Part shown: positions 38,044 through 51,000 of the stretch, one piece after another
Layout of the letters: each line of letters opens with the position of its first letter
Numbering within the stretch: position 1 is the first letter of the stretch
Assembly: GCA_964106915.2 (NCBI GenBank)
Contig: OZ066919.1
DNA length: 64,000 nucleotides
Reading direction: 5' to 3' (one strand)
Origin: Podarcis gaigeae
Lineage: Eukaryota
The notes under the pieces: generated by a model
What the model saw: the letters and a program-made list of their open reading frames with translations, nothing else
The model's database searches: none
What the model was told of the DNA's origin: nothing
Position numbers and translations under genes: made by a program

Positions 38044-39666
38044 GAATGTGCTGAACATTTTCTGTGGCCGCGCCATACCATAGAAATAGGTGTTGGCTTA
38101 TTGTAGGGTTTATCATCTTGGGATTCTCAACTTTCTTTTTACAGCAAAACCAAACCAAGTTTCTTGCCCGCAGGAGTGGTGCTCAGCAGAATTTTGCTGT
38201 GGATACTGGCTGGATGCTTCAGTGCCTTAACTCTTGCCTTTTTCTGGGACTTGCAATTGCAGAATAAGCTATACAAATCTGTGTAATGTGCATCATGTAG
38301 AATTCCAGTTGCAGGATACAGCGTAGCATGTTTTTCAAGTAAGCACCAAACATACATAAACACGGATGTATTGTTGGTGCAGAAAACTACAAAATTAACC
38401 TCTTTGTGGGCAGGAACGTATTGTGCTTTCTCTTTTCAGAAGAACTGAAAGGAAGCAAATATCCAGTGTTGATTCACCCATAAGGAGCCAAGATACACTG
38501 GTCTCCTCTGTATATGTCAAACAAAAAAATTCCAAGAGATCGGAATTCTTAGAAAGACTTTATCTCTGGGTCAACTAAAAATGTCTGATCTTACGCCATG
38601 CCCTTTCAACATGAGTTTGCAAACATAAACAGGGCTTAGTTATTTGCAATGGAGACCACATTCTGAAGAGGATGCTCACATTTTCAAAGCGGCAGCATTA
38701 CTAAGTAACATCAGAACTGAATTGGTGACAACCTGGAAGCTTTTCCTACTCCAGAGGCAGCTGTTTTGCTTAGATTACAACAACCGATTAACACCCAACC
38801 AATGTCCTACAAAAGGAAGGAATCCGATTTCTTCCGCCTCTCCAAAGTTTGTGTTGGGAGGCAGTACGAAGTGAATTTTTGTTGGATGGCTTGGCGCTGT
38901 TGTAAAATATTTAAAGCTGGCCTATTTAAGATTGCACGGAAGGGGTACCCTGGATTTTTACCTTCCACTGATCTGTCACTTCACATCAGCTCTCAAGCTG
39001 TGGAAGTAGATTAGATCATATGTTTCTGTATTAAAGACTGTTGATATATAGGGCCTTGTCATTACAGTGGTTTTATTAAAGGAGGTTAGTGTCCCCAAGG
39101 GGGGAGTTAACATGTAGTGTTATTTCTGCACAGATGCCTCTGCCATTTAAAGGGGTTGTTTAAAATTGCGTTTTAATAGCAGAATGACAAAACAGTGATT
39201 CGACCTGGGTTTTGAGGGGAGGGAGAGAGGGTTTGCTTCACTAGATGGAGAGGAAAAAGCTGGTATCTGTGTCTTCCAAACTGTGTTCAGAGTTACATTT
39301 GGTCCACAAATGGCCATGCATTAAAAAAAAAAAAAAGGTGGCGAAGAGCGTTAACATTAGAGGAAAGAAGTAGGATGTGCAACAAAATGTTGCAGTGCAT
39401 CCCCACACCCTAAAAGGAGTGCACCTGCTTGGGGCTCCAGAGAGCTTTGTCATGCTCTTGTGGCCTCTTTTTTTGGGGGGGGGTGCAGTGTCATCTTCTA
39501 TAATGACTTCCCATGTTGTGAGATATAGCATTAGAGGGCTGGATGCCCAAATCTGAGCATTTATAGTTATCAGGGAGGATGGAGATGGAGTTATAGAGAG
39601 TGGGCAAAAGAAAACACCCCTTTTTCATTCCGTCTTCATCAAAACAGCCTGATCTAGTGCAGGGGT

Positions 39667-40617
39667 GAACATAAGAAGACCCTACTGGATTAGGCCCATG
39701 GTCCATCTCATCCAGCATCCTGTTATCAAAGTGGCCAATTAGGTACCTGTGGATAAATTCTCAGGCAGGATCCGAGCACAAGAGCACTCTTCCCCATGCC
39801 CGGTGGTTTCAAGGCAGCTGGTGTTGAGAAGCATTACTGCTTTCGTCCATGCAGGCAGAGCGCAGCCATCATGGCTCGTTGCCATTGATAATTCGGTCAT
39901 CTTTTAAAGCCTTCCAGTTTGGTGGCCATCACTGCCTCCTGTGCAAGTGATGTCCGTAGTTACCGTATTTTTCGCTCTATAGGATGCACCCGACCATAGG
40001 ACGCACCTTGTTTTAGAGGGGGAGAACAAGAAGAAAAAAATTCTCCCCCTCTCTGCACAGCGCCCCTTCAGCAAAGCGGGAGGAGAAATGGAGCCCCTTC
40101 CATTTCTCCTCCCGCTTCGCTGAAGGGGTGCTGCGCAGTTCTCCCTCTCCCACATTGCATTCGCCTTCAGTGAAGGCAACCCAAAGCCTCTGGAGCGTAG
40201 CGGGAATTCCTGCTGCACTCTGGAGGCTTCAGGCGGCTACCTTGGAAGCCTGGAGAGCAAGAGGGGCTGCTGTGCAGGCTTCAGTGAAGGCAAGCCCGGC
40301 TTTCCCCCACCAGCCCCAAAGAGCAGGTCGGCCCCCAGAGCTTGTCGGGGCTGGCAGGGGAAGCCTGGGTCCTCCCCCCAGCCCCAGGGACCACACATTC
40401 ACTCCATAAGACGCACAGACATTTCCCCTTAGATTTTAAGAGGAAAAAAGTGTGTCTCATGGAGCGAAAAATACGGTAACTATGTGCTAAATGAAGAAAT
40501 ACTTTTTTTATCTGTCCTGAATCTTCCAACATTCATTCCCATTGGATGCCCATGAATTCTAGCATTATGAGAGATGGAGAAAAACTTTCCTCTATCACAT
40601 TTTTCCATGCCATGTGC
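39667..40617 (-). mobile_element. CR1-type LINE 3' end interrupted by a DNA transposon
   Basis: GAACATAAGAAGA..GGCCCATGGTCCATCT..CCAGCATCCTG; homology to 1960-2365 resumes after 40478. Confidence 0.75.
39963..40476. mobile_element. Non-autonomous Tc1/mariner-superfamily element (CCGTA termini, 514 bp)
   Basis: TIRs CCGTATTTTTCGCTC..., TA TSD, subterminal CATA(A/G)GACGCAC repeats. Confidence 0.92.
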
Positions 40618-41921
40618 ATCTTCCTACCCACTTATTTATTTGTTCATCACATGTATAATATCTGCCATCGGGTGGTTAGCCAAATATCCCTACGTAGTGG
40701 GAAAAGCTAGCTCTCTTGATCCACTTTGTATTATCCTTTTAGTTTCATCTACTTTTGGGGGGGTTCGCCTACAGAGTGTAGACTTTAAAGCATCTTTTGG
40801 CTGTCATCTCTCTCTTAGGGACTAGGTTGTGATGCCATTTTACCACAGACTGGCCTAGAGCCACTTAGGTAATTGAGCACACCTGACCTTTGCTAACTTT
40901 GAATGGCTGATGGAGAGATAAAAGGAAATCTCAGTGCCGCGAGCTAGCTAAATATTCTCTAACGTGAGCCTCTTGTCTTGAAAATATATTGGTGCAGGCT
41001 ATAGTCAAGTTAAAACTCAGCATGCTGTAGCCTGCGGCTGCTCTCACTGGACACCTTTGTACCGGTTCAGGGGCTTAAGGGCACACAGGTGTGGGACTGG
41101 CATCCCCCAAAACATGAAGGCATCTCTTCAATGGCAGGAGAAGGTTGATGGCAACTTGACCTTGTGGCTACTAGAGAGAACTCTGCATTAAGAGAGGCCT
41201 GTTCTGCTTCAGTCTTGCATAACAAATCTTATAATTGCTGCAAATATGATACAGAGCCATTTTGTCTGTTCCAAAATGGCTTAGGAGAGCCCCACTCAAA
41301 TGCAAACATGTCCACCCCTTTAGAATCTTCCCATATCCTGTAAAAGCTGAAGTCTCTTCCTCCCCCAGTCTGCCCATTCTTTAAGAAATTTTGCATGCTA
41401 TTCTAACGATAGAAACCATTATGGAGTGCATAGATCTGTGAAAAGCCTTTGAAGGACAAATTGAAATCTGAACTACAACTGCTTGTGGGATAAACTCCCG
41501 AGGGGGCGGCATTCCCAAGTGGAAAGAGTGACAATGGCAACCGGTCGGAATTCTTATAGGATGTCCCTGTTAATGTTTGATCACTTCCTACTAAGAGTAC
41601 ACATTCCTTTCATAATGAAGTATTGAAACATATGGAGCCCATTTGCTCTGTTCACAAGTATAATAAATTGTGCTACTCGCCCTTCACCAGGGCAGGCTGC
41701 AACAATTTAAAATTTAAAATGGTTGAAACAGGTTGCAATCACGGAAATAGGGTGGGCCCTAAAAAAAAGACACCTCAGGTGTCAAAGGCAAGGGTAAAGA
41801 GATGCATCTTCATCATTCACAGAAGGCTTCATGGTGAAGAAGCCAGATGAACCTCTGTGGAGAAGGAATTCTGCAACATGGGGGCTGCCACAAAGAATTC
41901 TCTCTCTTGTGAACTTGTGAG

Positions 41922-42039
41922 CAGAGCTTTTTTTCAGCTGGAATTTAACGGAACTGAGTTCCTGCACCTCTCTGTGCCCCAAAGGCTGTGGTCAGCACAG
42001 CAAGTTCTGGCACCTCTTTTTCTAGAAAAAAAAGTCCTG
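41922..42039. mobile_element. hAT MITE (118 bp)
   Basis: CAGAGCTTTTTTTC...GAAAAAAAAGTCCTG; perfect 8-bp TSD CTTGTGAG. Confidence 0.88.
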
Positions 42040-42075
42040 CTTGTGAGTGAGGTGGAACTATTAAGATCAGGAGTA

Positions 42076-42406
42076 AAAGTAAAGGGACTCTGGCCGACTC
42101 TGGGGTTGTGGCGCTCATCTCGCTTTATTGGCCAAGGGAGCCAGTGTACAGCTTCCGGGTCATGGCGCCAGCAGGACTAAGCCGCTTCTGGCGAAACCAG
42201 AGCAGTGCACAGAAACGCCGTTTACCTTCCCGCCAGAGTGGTACCTATTTATCTACTTGCACTTTGACGTGTTTTCGAACTGCTAGGTTGGCAGGAGCAG
42301 GGATCGAGCAACAGGAGCTCACCCCATCGCGGGGATTCAAACTGCTGAACTTCTAATCGGCAAGTCCTAGGCTCTGTGGTTTAACCCACAGCGCCACCCG
42401 CATCCC
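42076..42406 (-). mobile_element. Sauria SINE
   Basis: Reverse complement of 63533-63893 with a small 3' deletion; 13-bp TSD AAGATCAGGAGTA. Confidence 0.93.
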
Positions 42407-43003
42407 AAGATCAGGAGTAGGGGCCCTCTTAACACTTGGGAGAGTTAGGTAGGAAGTCAGCCATCTTTCAGATATTTGGGGGGTAACTCGTTTTAAACAC
42501 TAACTTGAGAAACTTGAATTGGGTCCGGAAAAGCATTTTTAATCCAGTCCACACTGTCTTCCTACCTTCCCCATTTCCTTGTACTTAACTTATTTTTAAT
42601 TCATCATTAGAGAGAGAGAGAGATACTAGTATTTGGAGTGATCTGTGGATCAGACTGTGAGTATTTTTAAAGCAGCCTACAAAACGAGGACTCTTCCCCT
42701 CCGCCCCCCGTTTAGCAGGTCTTAATCAGTTGGATAAACTGACAATACATAGAATCCCTGGCAATTTCATACCAGTTGGATGGAAAACACAGAAGTGACA
42801 AGCAACAGAAGAGTCGCCATGGCTCCCATTGGAAGCAAAACGGATGCTAATAACTGAAACTAGTTCAATAACAATGAAAATGGCTGAGATGATGAATAAT
42901 TAAATAAAGTGAATGGAATGGCTGGGTTAAGTAGGGAGAGGACTCAAGGACCTATACTCCAAGAGGAGGCAGTATCTCACTTAGGGTACGGATAAACACT
43001 CTA

Positions 43004-43245
43004 CAGTGGTACCTCGGGTTAAGTAGTTAATTTGTTCCGGAGGTCCGTTCTTAACCTGAAACTGTTCTTAACCTGAAGCACCACTTTAGTTATTGGGGCC
43101 TCCTGCTGCTGCTGCGCCACCAGAGCACGATTTCTGTTTTCATTTTGAAGCGAAGTTCTTAACCCGAGGTACTATTTCTGGGTTAGTGGAGTCTGTAACC
43201 TGAAGCGTATGTAACCTGAAGCGTATGTAACCCAAGGTGCCACTA
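43004..43245 (-). mobile_element. Tc1/mariner-type MITE (same family as 9580)
   Basis: Reverse complement of 9580-9821; TA TSD. Confidence 0.92.
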
Positions 43246-43961
43246 TATTGCAGTGATTCCTGTATTCCTTCCTCCCTGGGGATGGGGTGCCTGGAAGCAT
43301 AAGACTCACCTTCCCTCTCCTTTCAGGTTGCTTATACAAGACTTGTATGCTCACTATTCATTGTGGTTACCTTTGCTTGTGGATCCACCTTACGCATTTT
43401 CTCTTATGTGCTAAAAGTCAATAAAGTTGTGTGCAGCTTATTGCTGTATCAGAGATTTAAAAACCTAGGAAGCTGCCATATATCAGGTCAGGCTGTTGGT
43501 CCCTCTAACCCAGTTTGTGTATTCTGACTGGCTTGCTCTCAAGAGTCTTGGGCACAGATTTTCCCCATCACCAGCTACTTGAACCTTCCCCAAGTAAAAG
43601 TAGATTGAAAGTGTTGCCTTCAGCATGCAAAGCATTACAGCTGAGTTTTGGCCCTTTCCCTGATTGCATTAGAAGAGGATTACAACAGTACATCTCTTGA
43701 GTCTTTCCTTAATCCACTCACAGAGCAATGATTATCAGAACAAAGTGATAGTTTTGAAGTTCCTTTGCCCCAAATTGTTTTCTTTGCTGGTTCACTGTGA
43801 TACAGAATTTGTTTTCATCGTTGTTGTTGTTTTAAAAAACCACTGAAAATTGTTCGGCTTAAAAACAAACAAACACACACAAAAAATGTAGCTAACAATC
43901 TGCCGCAGAGGTAGCATGAGAGCCATACTGAGTAGTAGCAGATTCCCTGAGCAGACCTAGG

Positions 43962-43965
<4 letters not shown>

Positions 43966-44013
<48 letters not shown>
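43966..44013. repeat. (TA)n microsatellite
   Basis: Direct reading. Confidence 0.98.
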
Positions 44014-44019
<6 letters not shown>

Positions 44020-44303
44020 GTATGAGGCAATTAAGTCCTAAAACTGAAAGGTTAAAAAGATCTTTTTAAAAAAGTTGAGGGATTTAATTCCAAAGCTACT
44101 TACACTACTGTGAAGATGTAACCAGCAGGAGATATTTGGCACAGCCTTCTCCGCCCTCGCTGGTTAAAACAACGATGCTCGTTTTATCATAAAGTGCCTT
44201 CTTTTGTCTTACGTGCAATGAAACTTTCTGACAAAAGCAGAGCAATGAGCTTTCAGCTCTCAATCTCTTTTTGATGACACGGTGGTGCTTTTTCTTTCCT
44301 CAG

Positions 44304-44543
44304 GTTCAATGCAAGTGATGAATAAGACAAGGAGGATCATGGAACAGGGAGGTGCTCACTTCATCAATGCCTTCGTGACAACACCTATGTGCTGCCCGTC
44401 CCGCTCCTCAATTCTCACAGGGAAGTACGTCCACAATCACAACACCTACACCAACAATGAAAACTGCTCCTCTCCGTCTTGGCAGGCCCAGCATGAGATT
44501 CGCACGTTTGCAGTGTACCTTAATAACACAGGCTATAGAACAG
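44304..44543 (+). CDS. SULF2: SULF2 coding exon (240 nt) with catalytic CxPSR formylglycine motif
   Basis: Acceptor TTTCCTCAG|, [45 protein letters not shown]...GYRT, donor AG|GTAAGA; Cys88 codon at 44390-44392; frame continuous with the previous exon. Confidence 0.98.
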
Positions 44544-44862
44544 GTAAGACCAAAATGGGTGAGCTACTTCCCTGGTAGGTTCTTCAGTCCTGTGGCTCAC
44601 GCCTGAGGCTACCAACTTTGGCACTTGAAGGAATACAATGCATAACTTCTCCTAGTCTCTTGTCATCTGCCCGACAATCCCAGAATTCATTTATGCAGAG
44701 ATAGATCTCCATTAAACTCATTGGATATCACTAGCGTTGGGATGAAGAATATGACAGAAGATATTTTATGTGTCTTACTATGAAATAAGGTGAAATAGGT
44801 ACTGGGCACATGATCAAGGGAGCTGAGTGACAGGTGTGACCCATGGCAACAGTCCACCAGCC

Positions 44863-45234
44863 AGAGGGATGGCAGAGGAATTTGGTCTAGTTAGCATTTT
44901 AATGCCAACCTACCTAACAGACACTTCCTGAAACTATATGTGAGCCAAAACATAACTTTCATTTGAAATTTGCACTTCTCTGAATTTTCTTGTGCATTCC
45001 CCAGGTGTGTACAAAATGCATATATTAGGGAAGCATGTGCAAAAATTAGTGAAAGTAACATATGAAAGGGGAAATTGCTTGTAAAAAATGTGTCTATTTG
45101 GAGAAATGAGTACTTACGTAAATGCTATCGAAATTTGCAAACCGATGTGGAAATGTAATTAGCTGAAAATAAGATTGGGGGGGGGGTGAGAGGACCTGAA
45201 AGAAACCAAAATGGACAGATTCATCCGTCGTTAC
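44863..45234. mobile_element. Possible old hAT-Ac-like non-autonomous element
   Basis: Degenerate AGGGATG...CATCC termini and AT-rich subrepeats; no clear TSD. Confidence 0.35.
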
Positions 45235-46038
45235 TACCAGGAAGTGCTTCTGCTCAAGCTTTGTTTGAAAGAAGTGAGAACTGCACAGGATCAAACGAAT
45301 GTTGTTACGCAACTCCTGTTCTTTTCAATGCTATTTGGGTAGAATGCTTGTAGATGGGCATTTTAGTTTCTGTGTGTGGAAAGGGACAGCATTTGGACTT
45401 CTGTCTTGGGATACAAACTATCTTGGGCCAGTTGTGATTACTTTAAAACAGAGGTGCTAACTCAGATGGGCTAGAGACTCATATTGTTTGCCCAGCACCT
45501 GTCTCTCATCCATTCTTTATTCACTCATTTTGATAGTGGAGGAACACATGGGTTAGCTTTATAAATATAAATAAATAAATAAAATGAATAGTTAGTAATA
45601 ATCCAGTTCCATGCTGCCTTTCTTCCTCATCTTGCCTGCCCAAACAGCACATCTCTAATCACCTGTTTCCCCTCCCCTGGGCCTAAACACTACCCTTGCA
45701 AATCCAAAATCCCTATCATCTAAGCCCCTTTCCTCCATACTGATGCTTTCTCTCCAAAATTGTCTTGAATTTGGTCTACCAAAATAGCTGCCAACATCCA
45801 TCATCTCCCTCTAGAGCTCTCTTGTTTTATTTCCTTTATTTCCTTTATGGCAGAGGAAGCTGCAATTGCCACCTGCATTTTGAACTATTCCATTGACGTA
45901 GCTTGTCACCAGCAGTACTCTGAATCCAGGGTTGGTCTACACACAAGAAAACACTATAAATAAGTCATAAATTAAATCAGTATAGCAAAAGAAAAGGAAA
46001 ACACTATGGAAAATCGCATAGAATTTTTTTTTGCTCTC

Positions 46039-46057
46039 CAGTGCCATCTGGTGTTGC
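46039..46057 (-). promoter_or_regulatory. Candidate CTCF motif
   Basis: Minus strand GCAACACCAGATGGCACTG, close to the CCACCAGATGGCA consensus; motif match only. Confidence 0.35.
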
Positions 46058-46265
46058 ATGTTTATAGAAAATTCAGAACACTGGTTTTTTAACTAATGTA
46101 GCTGAGCCTCCAGTCTAGTGGTCTCGGAGCCATTGTTGCACTTCTGCAGCATTGAGAATTACAACATTCAAGGCTTGAGCTAATGCCCACCACTACTTTG
46201 GAGCAAAGTGGATGGAGCAGCCAAGTAATTTCGTTGTCCCTGAGAGGGGGCAATGACAATAAAGA

Positions 46266-46312
<47 letters not shown>
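46266..46312. repeat. (ATT)n microsatellite
   Basis: Direct reading. Confidence 0.98.
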
Positions 46313-46316
<4 letters not shown>

Positions 46317-47351
46317 TGGATCCACATTTCTGTCTTGCAGGCTGGCAGGAGACCTTGTGATTAATGTAGTGTAATCATTGCCATCTTATGGCAAGTCAAG
46401 CGGGTGTGTTTTCATACCATTCTTGTGTCTGAATGCTATTTTGGGAGGTGAAGAGCAATAATTAATACTTATGCTCTGTGGAACAATAGAGTTGCCTGTC
46501 TAGACGAAGCCTTGAGGTGTTGCTGCAATTTAAAAGTTGACTAGTAAACATAGTAACATTACTTTCTAGCTTCTCGTGTTGCTTCTACTCAGCAGCCAGA
46601 CTAGGAACATGTCTTTGAACAAATTAGATAATTTCCTTGCTTTGTTCTGCTCAGATAAAGACCCTGAATTAGTCTGCGATGGAATAAATTGAGGGAAGTG
46701 AGACACCCTATTACTCTGTAGCTGTTTCCTTTTGTTTTATTAATAAGGGCATTAATGTTTTGGGGCCTACAAAATGTGCCACAGACAAAAGTTAACACCT
46801 GCTTTTGTCCTTTCTGTGTGTACTGGATTTGTTGTTGTTTGATCATGCCAATCCCAGCTGTCTGAGCGTTCTGGAGCCAAATTGTGAAAAACTGTGTCAT
46901 GCTCACTCGCAGCTCTGAATTCCTAGCATTGATTCTAGGTGAAGAAGTTCAGGTACAAGTTATGTTGAATATGCAGTGAAAACTCACTGGATATTGAGCT
47001 GCACCTAGTGAGTGCACCTTGCAAACCATTGTTTTAATTTGAATATGCTTTTATCCCTTTGTTTATGTCAGAGGTGCAAATGAAATGCGCAAAGTGGCTT
47101 TTTGGAAACCTTCCTGTGCTGCTTTTGGAGGTTGAGAGAGAGGGGAACAGCACTGACTGGGTGGGGGAAGCGGTTTCCATTGAATGAAAACTGCTTTCTG
47201 CTCCATGAGCAAGGTGTGTTCCTACCATCCATCAGATGATGGGGTGTTTGAAACACACCTTGCTACACACCTTGCTCCGGCAAAGAAACAATTGGGAGAC
47301 CACCCTCAGCTCCTGGTTGTACCTTTAAAGCCCTACCCTTATCCACCCCAT

Positions 47352-47851
47352 GTTGTTGTTTAGTCGTTTAGTCGTGTCTGACTCTTCATGACCCCATGGA
47401 CATGCCAGGCACTCCTGTCTTCCACTGCCTCCCACAGTTTGGTCAAATTCATGCTGGTAGCTTCGAGAACACTGTCCAACCAACTCGTCCTCTGTTGTCC
47501 CCTTCTCCTTGTGCCCTCAATCTTTCCCAACATCAGGGTCTTTTCCAGGGAGTCTTCTCTTCTCATGAGGTGGTCAAAGTACTGGAACCTCAGCTTCACG
47601 ATCTGTCCTTCCAGTGAGCACTCAGGGCTGATTTCCTTCAGAATGGAGAGATTTGCAGTCCATGGAACTCTCAAGAGTTTCCTCCAACACCATAATTCAA
47701 AAACATCAATTCTTCGGCGATCAGCCTTCTTTATGGTCCAGCTCTTACTTCCATACATCACTACTGGGAAAACCATAGCTTTAACTATACGGACCTTTGT
47801 TGGCAAGGTGATGTCTCTGCTTTTTAAGATGCTGTCTAGGTTTGTCATTGC
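47352..47851 (-). mobile_element. 5'-truncated BovB LINE 3' end (500 bp)
   Basis: AMTNLDSILKSRDITLPTKVRIVKAMVFPVVMYG..ELWCWRKLLRVPWTA..LEKTLMLGKIEG; (CAA)n tail; 12-bp TSD TATCCACCCCAT. Confidence 0.95.
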
Positions 47852-49053
47852 TATCCACCCCATACCTGGTGCCATGTATTATTATTATTATTTATTTATT
47901 TAAAGTTGTTTTAAGCTGTTTTTAATATTGTGTAATATTTTAATATTAATGTTGTGTTTCACTTGTTGTAACTCCTCCTGGGTAAAGAGTGGGTTGTTGA
48001 TTATGATGATGCACACTATATCAAACTTGGCATGGTGGGCCGAGTTAGGTCTGCAAACTGGTGGTTCCACACCTAGATTTTGGAACATATAAACAAAACC
48101 TATCACAAACCTCAGGCTAATTCTAAACTAATAAAAAACAAAATTGAGACGTACCAAACACCTGATTAAAAACACAATATCTATCATAATCCATAACATA
48201 ATACACAAACTGAGCATCCAATAGTACAATAATGCAAAGAAACCTTATATCTTATCAGTTAAAGCAGAACAATAACATGATTGTACCATGTCGAAATGCT
48301 CCAAATAGAGGATATTTTGTTATTGTTGTTTAAAAGATTATGAGCTATCTGTTTCATTTCTTCTTTCTCCTTCGATCACTGTAGAGTAAATAAAGTTCGC
48401 TGTAAGCTTTTCTGATTTCTTTTTCTCTGTGGTCCCTGTAGAGCACAGAGTGCATTTAGAATTTCATCAGGGAATTCTCACGCAGGCAGAATCATTCTCA
48501 GCAATGGGCAATCATTCTGTCACCACCAGCTTAAAGAACATCTGCACAGCCACCAAAAATCAATGGATGATGTCATTGGACTGCTGTGTTGCACTTAGCC
48601 AGAGGATCAGAAAGCACTCTCTGAATGCATGTTTTGCATTCTTTCAGAGCGGGCCTTCAACACTTCTTTTACTCATCTCCAGCGTTTGAAACTCCCATTG
48701 TTCTAGGCACGTTTTGCGACAAGGAATATCATTAGCGCGAGCAGTTTCTGAACTCTAGGTTGGGTGCATTGCTGCGCCTAACATTTCAGATTAAAACTGC
48801 AGAGTGGAAGGAAAGGAGGACCTTTTTCTGCCTCCTCACTTCCAGCCACTCTCTGAAGACTGGAAAAGAGACCCTCTTAAGAATATTGGGGGGGGCGGCA
48901 GGCAGGGGAAGCATGGCTTTGTTTTTAGCAGTCTTCAGATGAGGACTAGGCCATGTGAAAAATGAACATAAGATTCTAGCTGCAGTCAGCTTTGAATTCT
49001 TCTTATTAAAAAAGTGCACCTAGTCATTCTGTTGTTGCACTCATAGCCTAGGT

Positions 49054-49189
49054 CAGGCTTCCTCAACATCGGCCCTCCAGGTGTTTTGAGACTACAATTC
49101 CAGTCATCCCTGACCACAGGTCCTGCTAGCTAGGGATCATGGGAGTTGTAGGCCAAAAACATCTGGAGAACCGAGGTTGAGGAAGCCTG
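49054..49189. mobile_element. Palindromic hAT MITE (136 bp)
   Basis: TIRs CAGGCTTCCTCAAC; TSD GCCTAGGT/ACCTAGGT; core shared with 31950-32085. Confidence 0.92.
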
Positions 49190-49330
49190 ACCTAGGTTTA
49201 AGGTGCCATTTAGCTCTTAGCTTTTATATCTCAGTTTCTAACACTGCTCATCTCACTTGGCTTTCCACTGCAGCAGGTTTTGTAGTCACTTGGAAATGGG
49301 GAGAGTTGTGGGGAAAGATATCGTGACTGT

Positions 49331-49732
49331 TTCCGAGTACGTTCCGAGCACAATTCAAAGTGTTGGTGCTGACCTTTAAAGCCCTAAATGGCCTCGGTCC
49401 AGTATATCTGAAGGAGCGTCTCCTCCCCCATCGTTCTGCCCGGACACTGAGGTCCAGCTCCGAGGGCCTTCTGGCGGTTCCCTCACTGCGAGAGGCCAAG
49501 TTACAGGGAACCAGGCAGAGGGCCTTCTCGGTAGTGGCGCCCGCCCTGTGGAATGCCCTCCCATCAGATGTCAAAGCGATAAACAACTACCTGACATTCA
49601 GAAGACATCTGAAGGCAGCCCTGTTCAGGGAAGTTTTTAATATGTGACATTTTAGTGTATTTTTCATCTCTGTTGGAAGCCGCCCAGAGTGGCTGGGGAA
49701 ACCCAGCCAAATGGGCGGGGTACAAATAATAA

Positions 49733-49788
<56 letters not shown>
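49331..49788 (+). mobile_element. Young L2-type LINE 3' end with (ATT)n tail
   Basis: VLTFKALNGLGPVYLKERL..RAFSVVAPALWNALP..FRRHLKAALF. Confidence 0.9.
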
Positions 49789-50854
49789 GTTTCTTGCCCC
49801 CTGACTGCGACTCCATTGCCGTTGCTTCCTGCTCCACCACTACCACCAGCTGGTTGAGGTCCTTCTGCCTCCATGGAAGCTCTGCAGGAAAGGCAGTGGA
49901 AAGAGCTGCCAGACTAGCTTCCCCTTCTCTCACACTCAGGGATCAAAAGGGGGAGAGCTCTGTCCTCCATCCCTGAGTGCTAGCCTTCAACCACCCCCTC
50001 TGCTTCATCTCCTTCATCAACCTCCACTCAGGAATGCTAAACCATGCCAGATCCTGACTAAACCATGCCAGATCCTGGGCACACAACACCTTTTGCATCT
50101 GGCTCTTTCAACCCACAGCCACCATTTTGCATTTGGTTCCAGTTGGTGGGCCTTGAGTTTCTAGTAAACAAACTGTTGTGTATCTCTCCTTGGTACAGCC
50201 CTGGTCAGAGATCCTGGAATCCGATATTCTGTTCCCTGCCCCACACTGCCTTGTCATAGTCCTCCTGTGCTGAATTGTTTTTCAAAAATTCAGCTCAACC
50301 CTCAGCTTAGATTCATAATGCTTAAAAAAATCTTTGAATGAACTCCTGCATGGACTATTGTCTTTAGCCACTTCTCCTAGCTTTTAACATTGTATTTATT
50401 TTTACTTTTCTGTGGTCAGCATCGCAGCCAGATACTAACAAGGAAGCGCTTCTTCCATCATAAGTTGTCTTGCAGGTTTTCCAATTCTGCTTTCCCTTTG
50501 CTATCCCTGGCTCCACCCGAGTGGATGACTGCAGATGAATTTTGTCCACAGTGATCATCTTTAAACCTGTTCCTTTATTTGCACTGTGGCATTTCTTTTC
50601 CCCATAACAATAGCAGCAGAGGTTTCGAAAGAGGAATAAAATCCAGGCAGATGCAGATGTAGCCAGGTTTAATATTGCTACTGCTACCAGCAGTGGAGAA
50701 ATGCTACTTTGTGCGGTCAGGTGAATCAGCAGAAATTGGGATTCGCCCATACTTTGGAGAATGGGAGTAAGCAAGCATAGCATGTGGACAGCATTTCATT
50801 TTCTAGACCTGTGGGTGGATGGGTGTTTGAGAGAGCACAGCTGTGTGTGTGATT

Positions 50855-51000
50855 ACATTTATATCCCACCTTCCCTCCACGGAGCTCAAAATGGTGCATG
50901 TGGTTCCTCACCTCCCCATGTTATTCTCACAACCCTGTGAGATAGGTTCGGCTGAGAGACAGTGACTGTCCCAAGGTCACCCTGTGAGGCTGAGTAAAAT
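50855..51000 (-). mobile_element. CORE/MIR-like SINE
   Basis: TTTATATCCCACC..CTCACAACCCTGTGAGATAGGTT..GCTGAGAGACAGTGACTGTCCCAAGGTCACCC. Confidence 0.7.

Noticed and set aside
48120-48430. Possible minus-strand L1 3' fragment (also ~30670-30960)
   Set aside because: Compositional impression only; no TSD or translatable motif identified.
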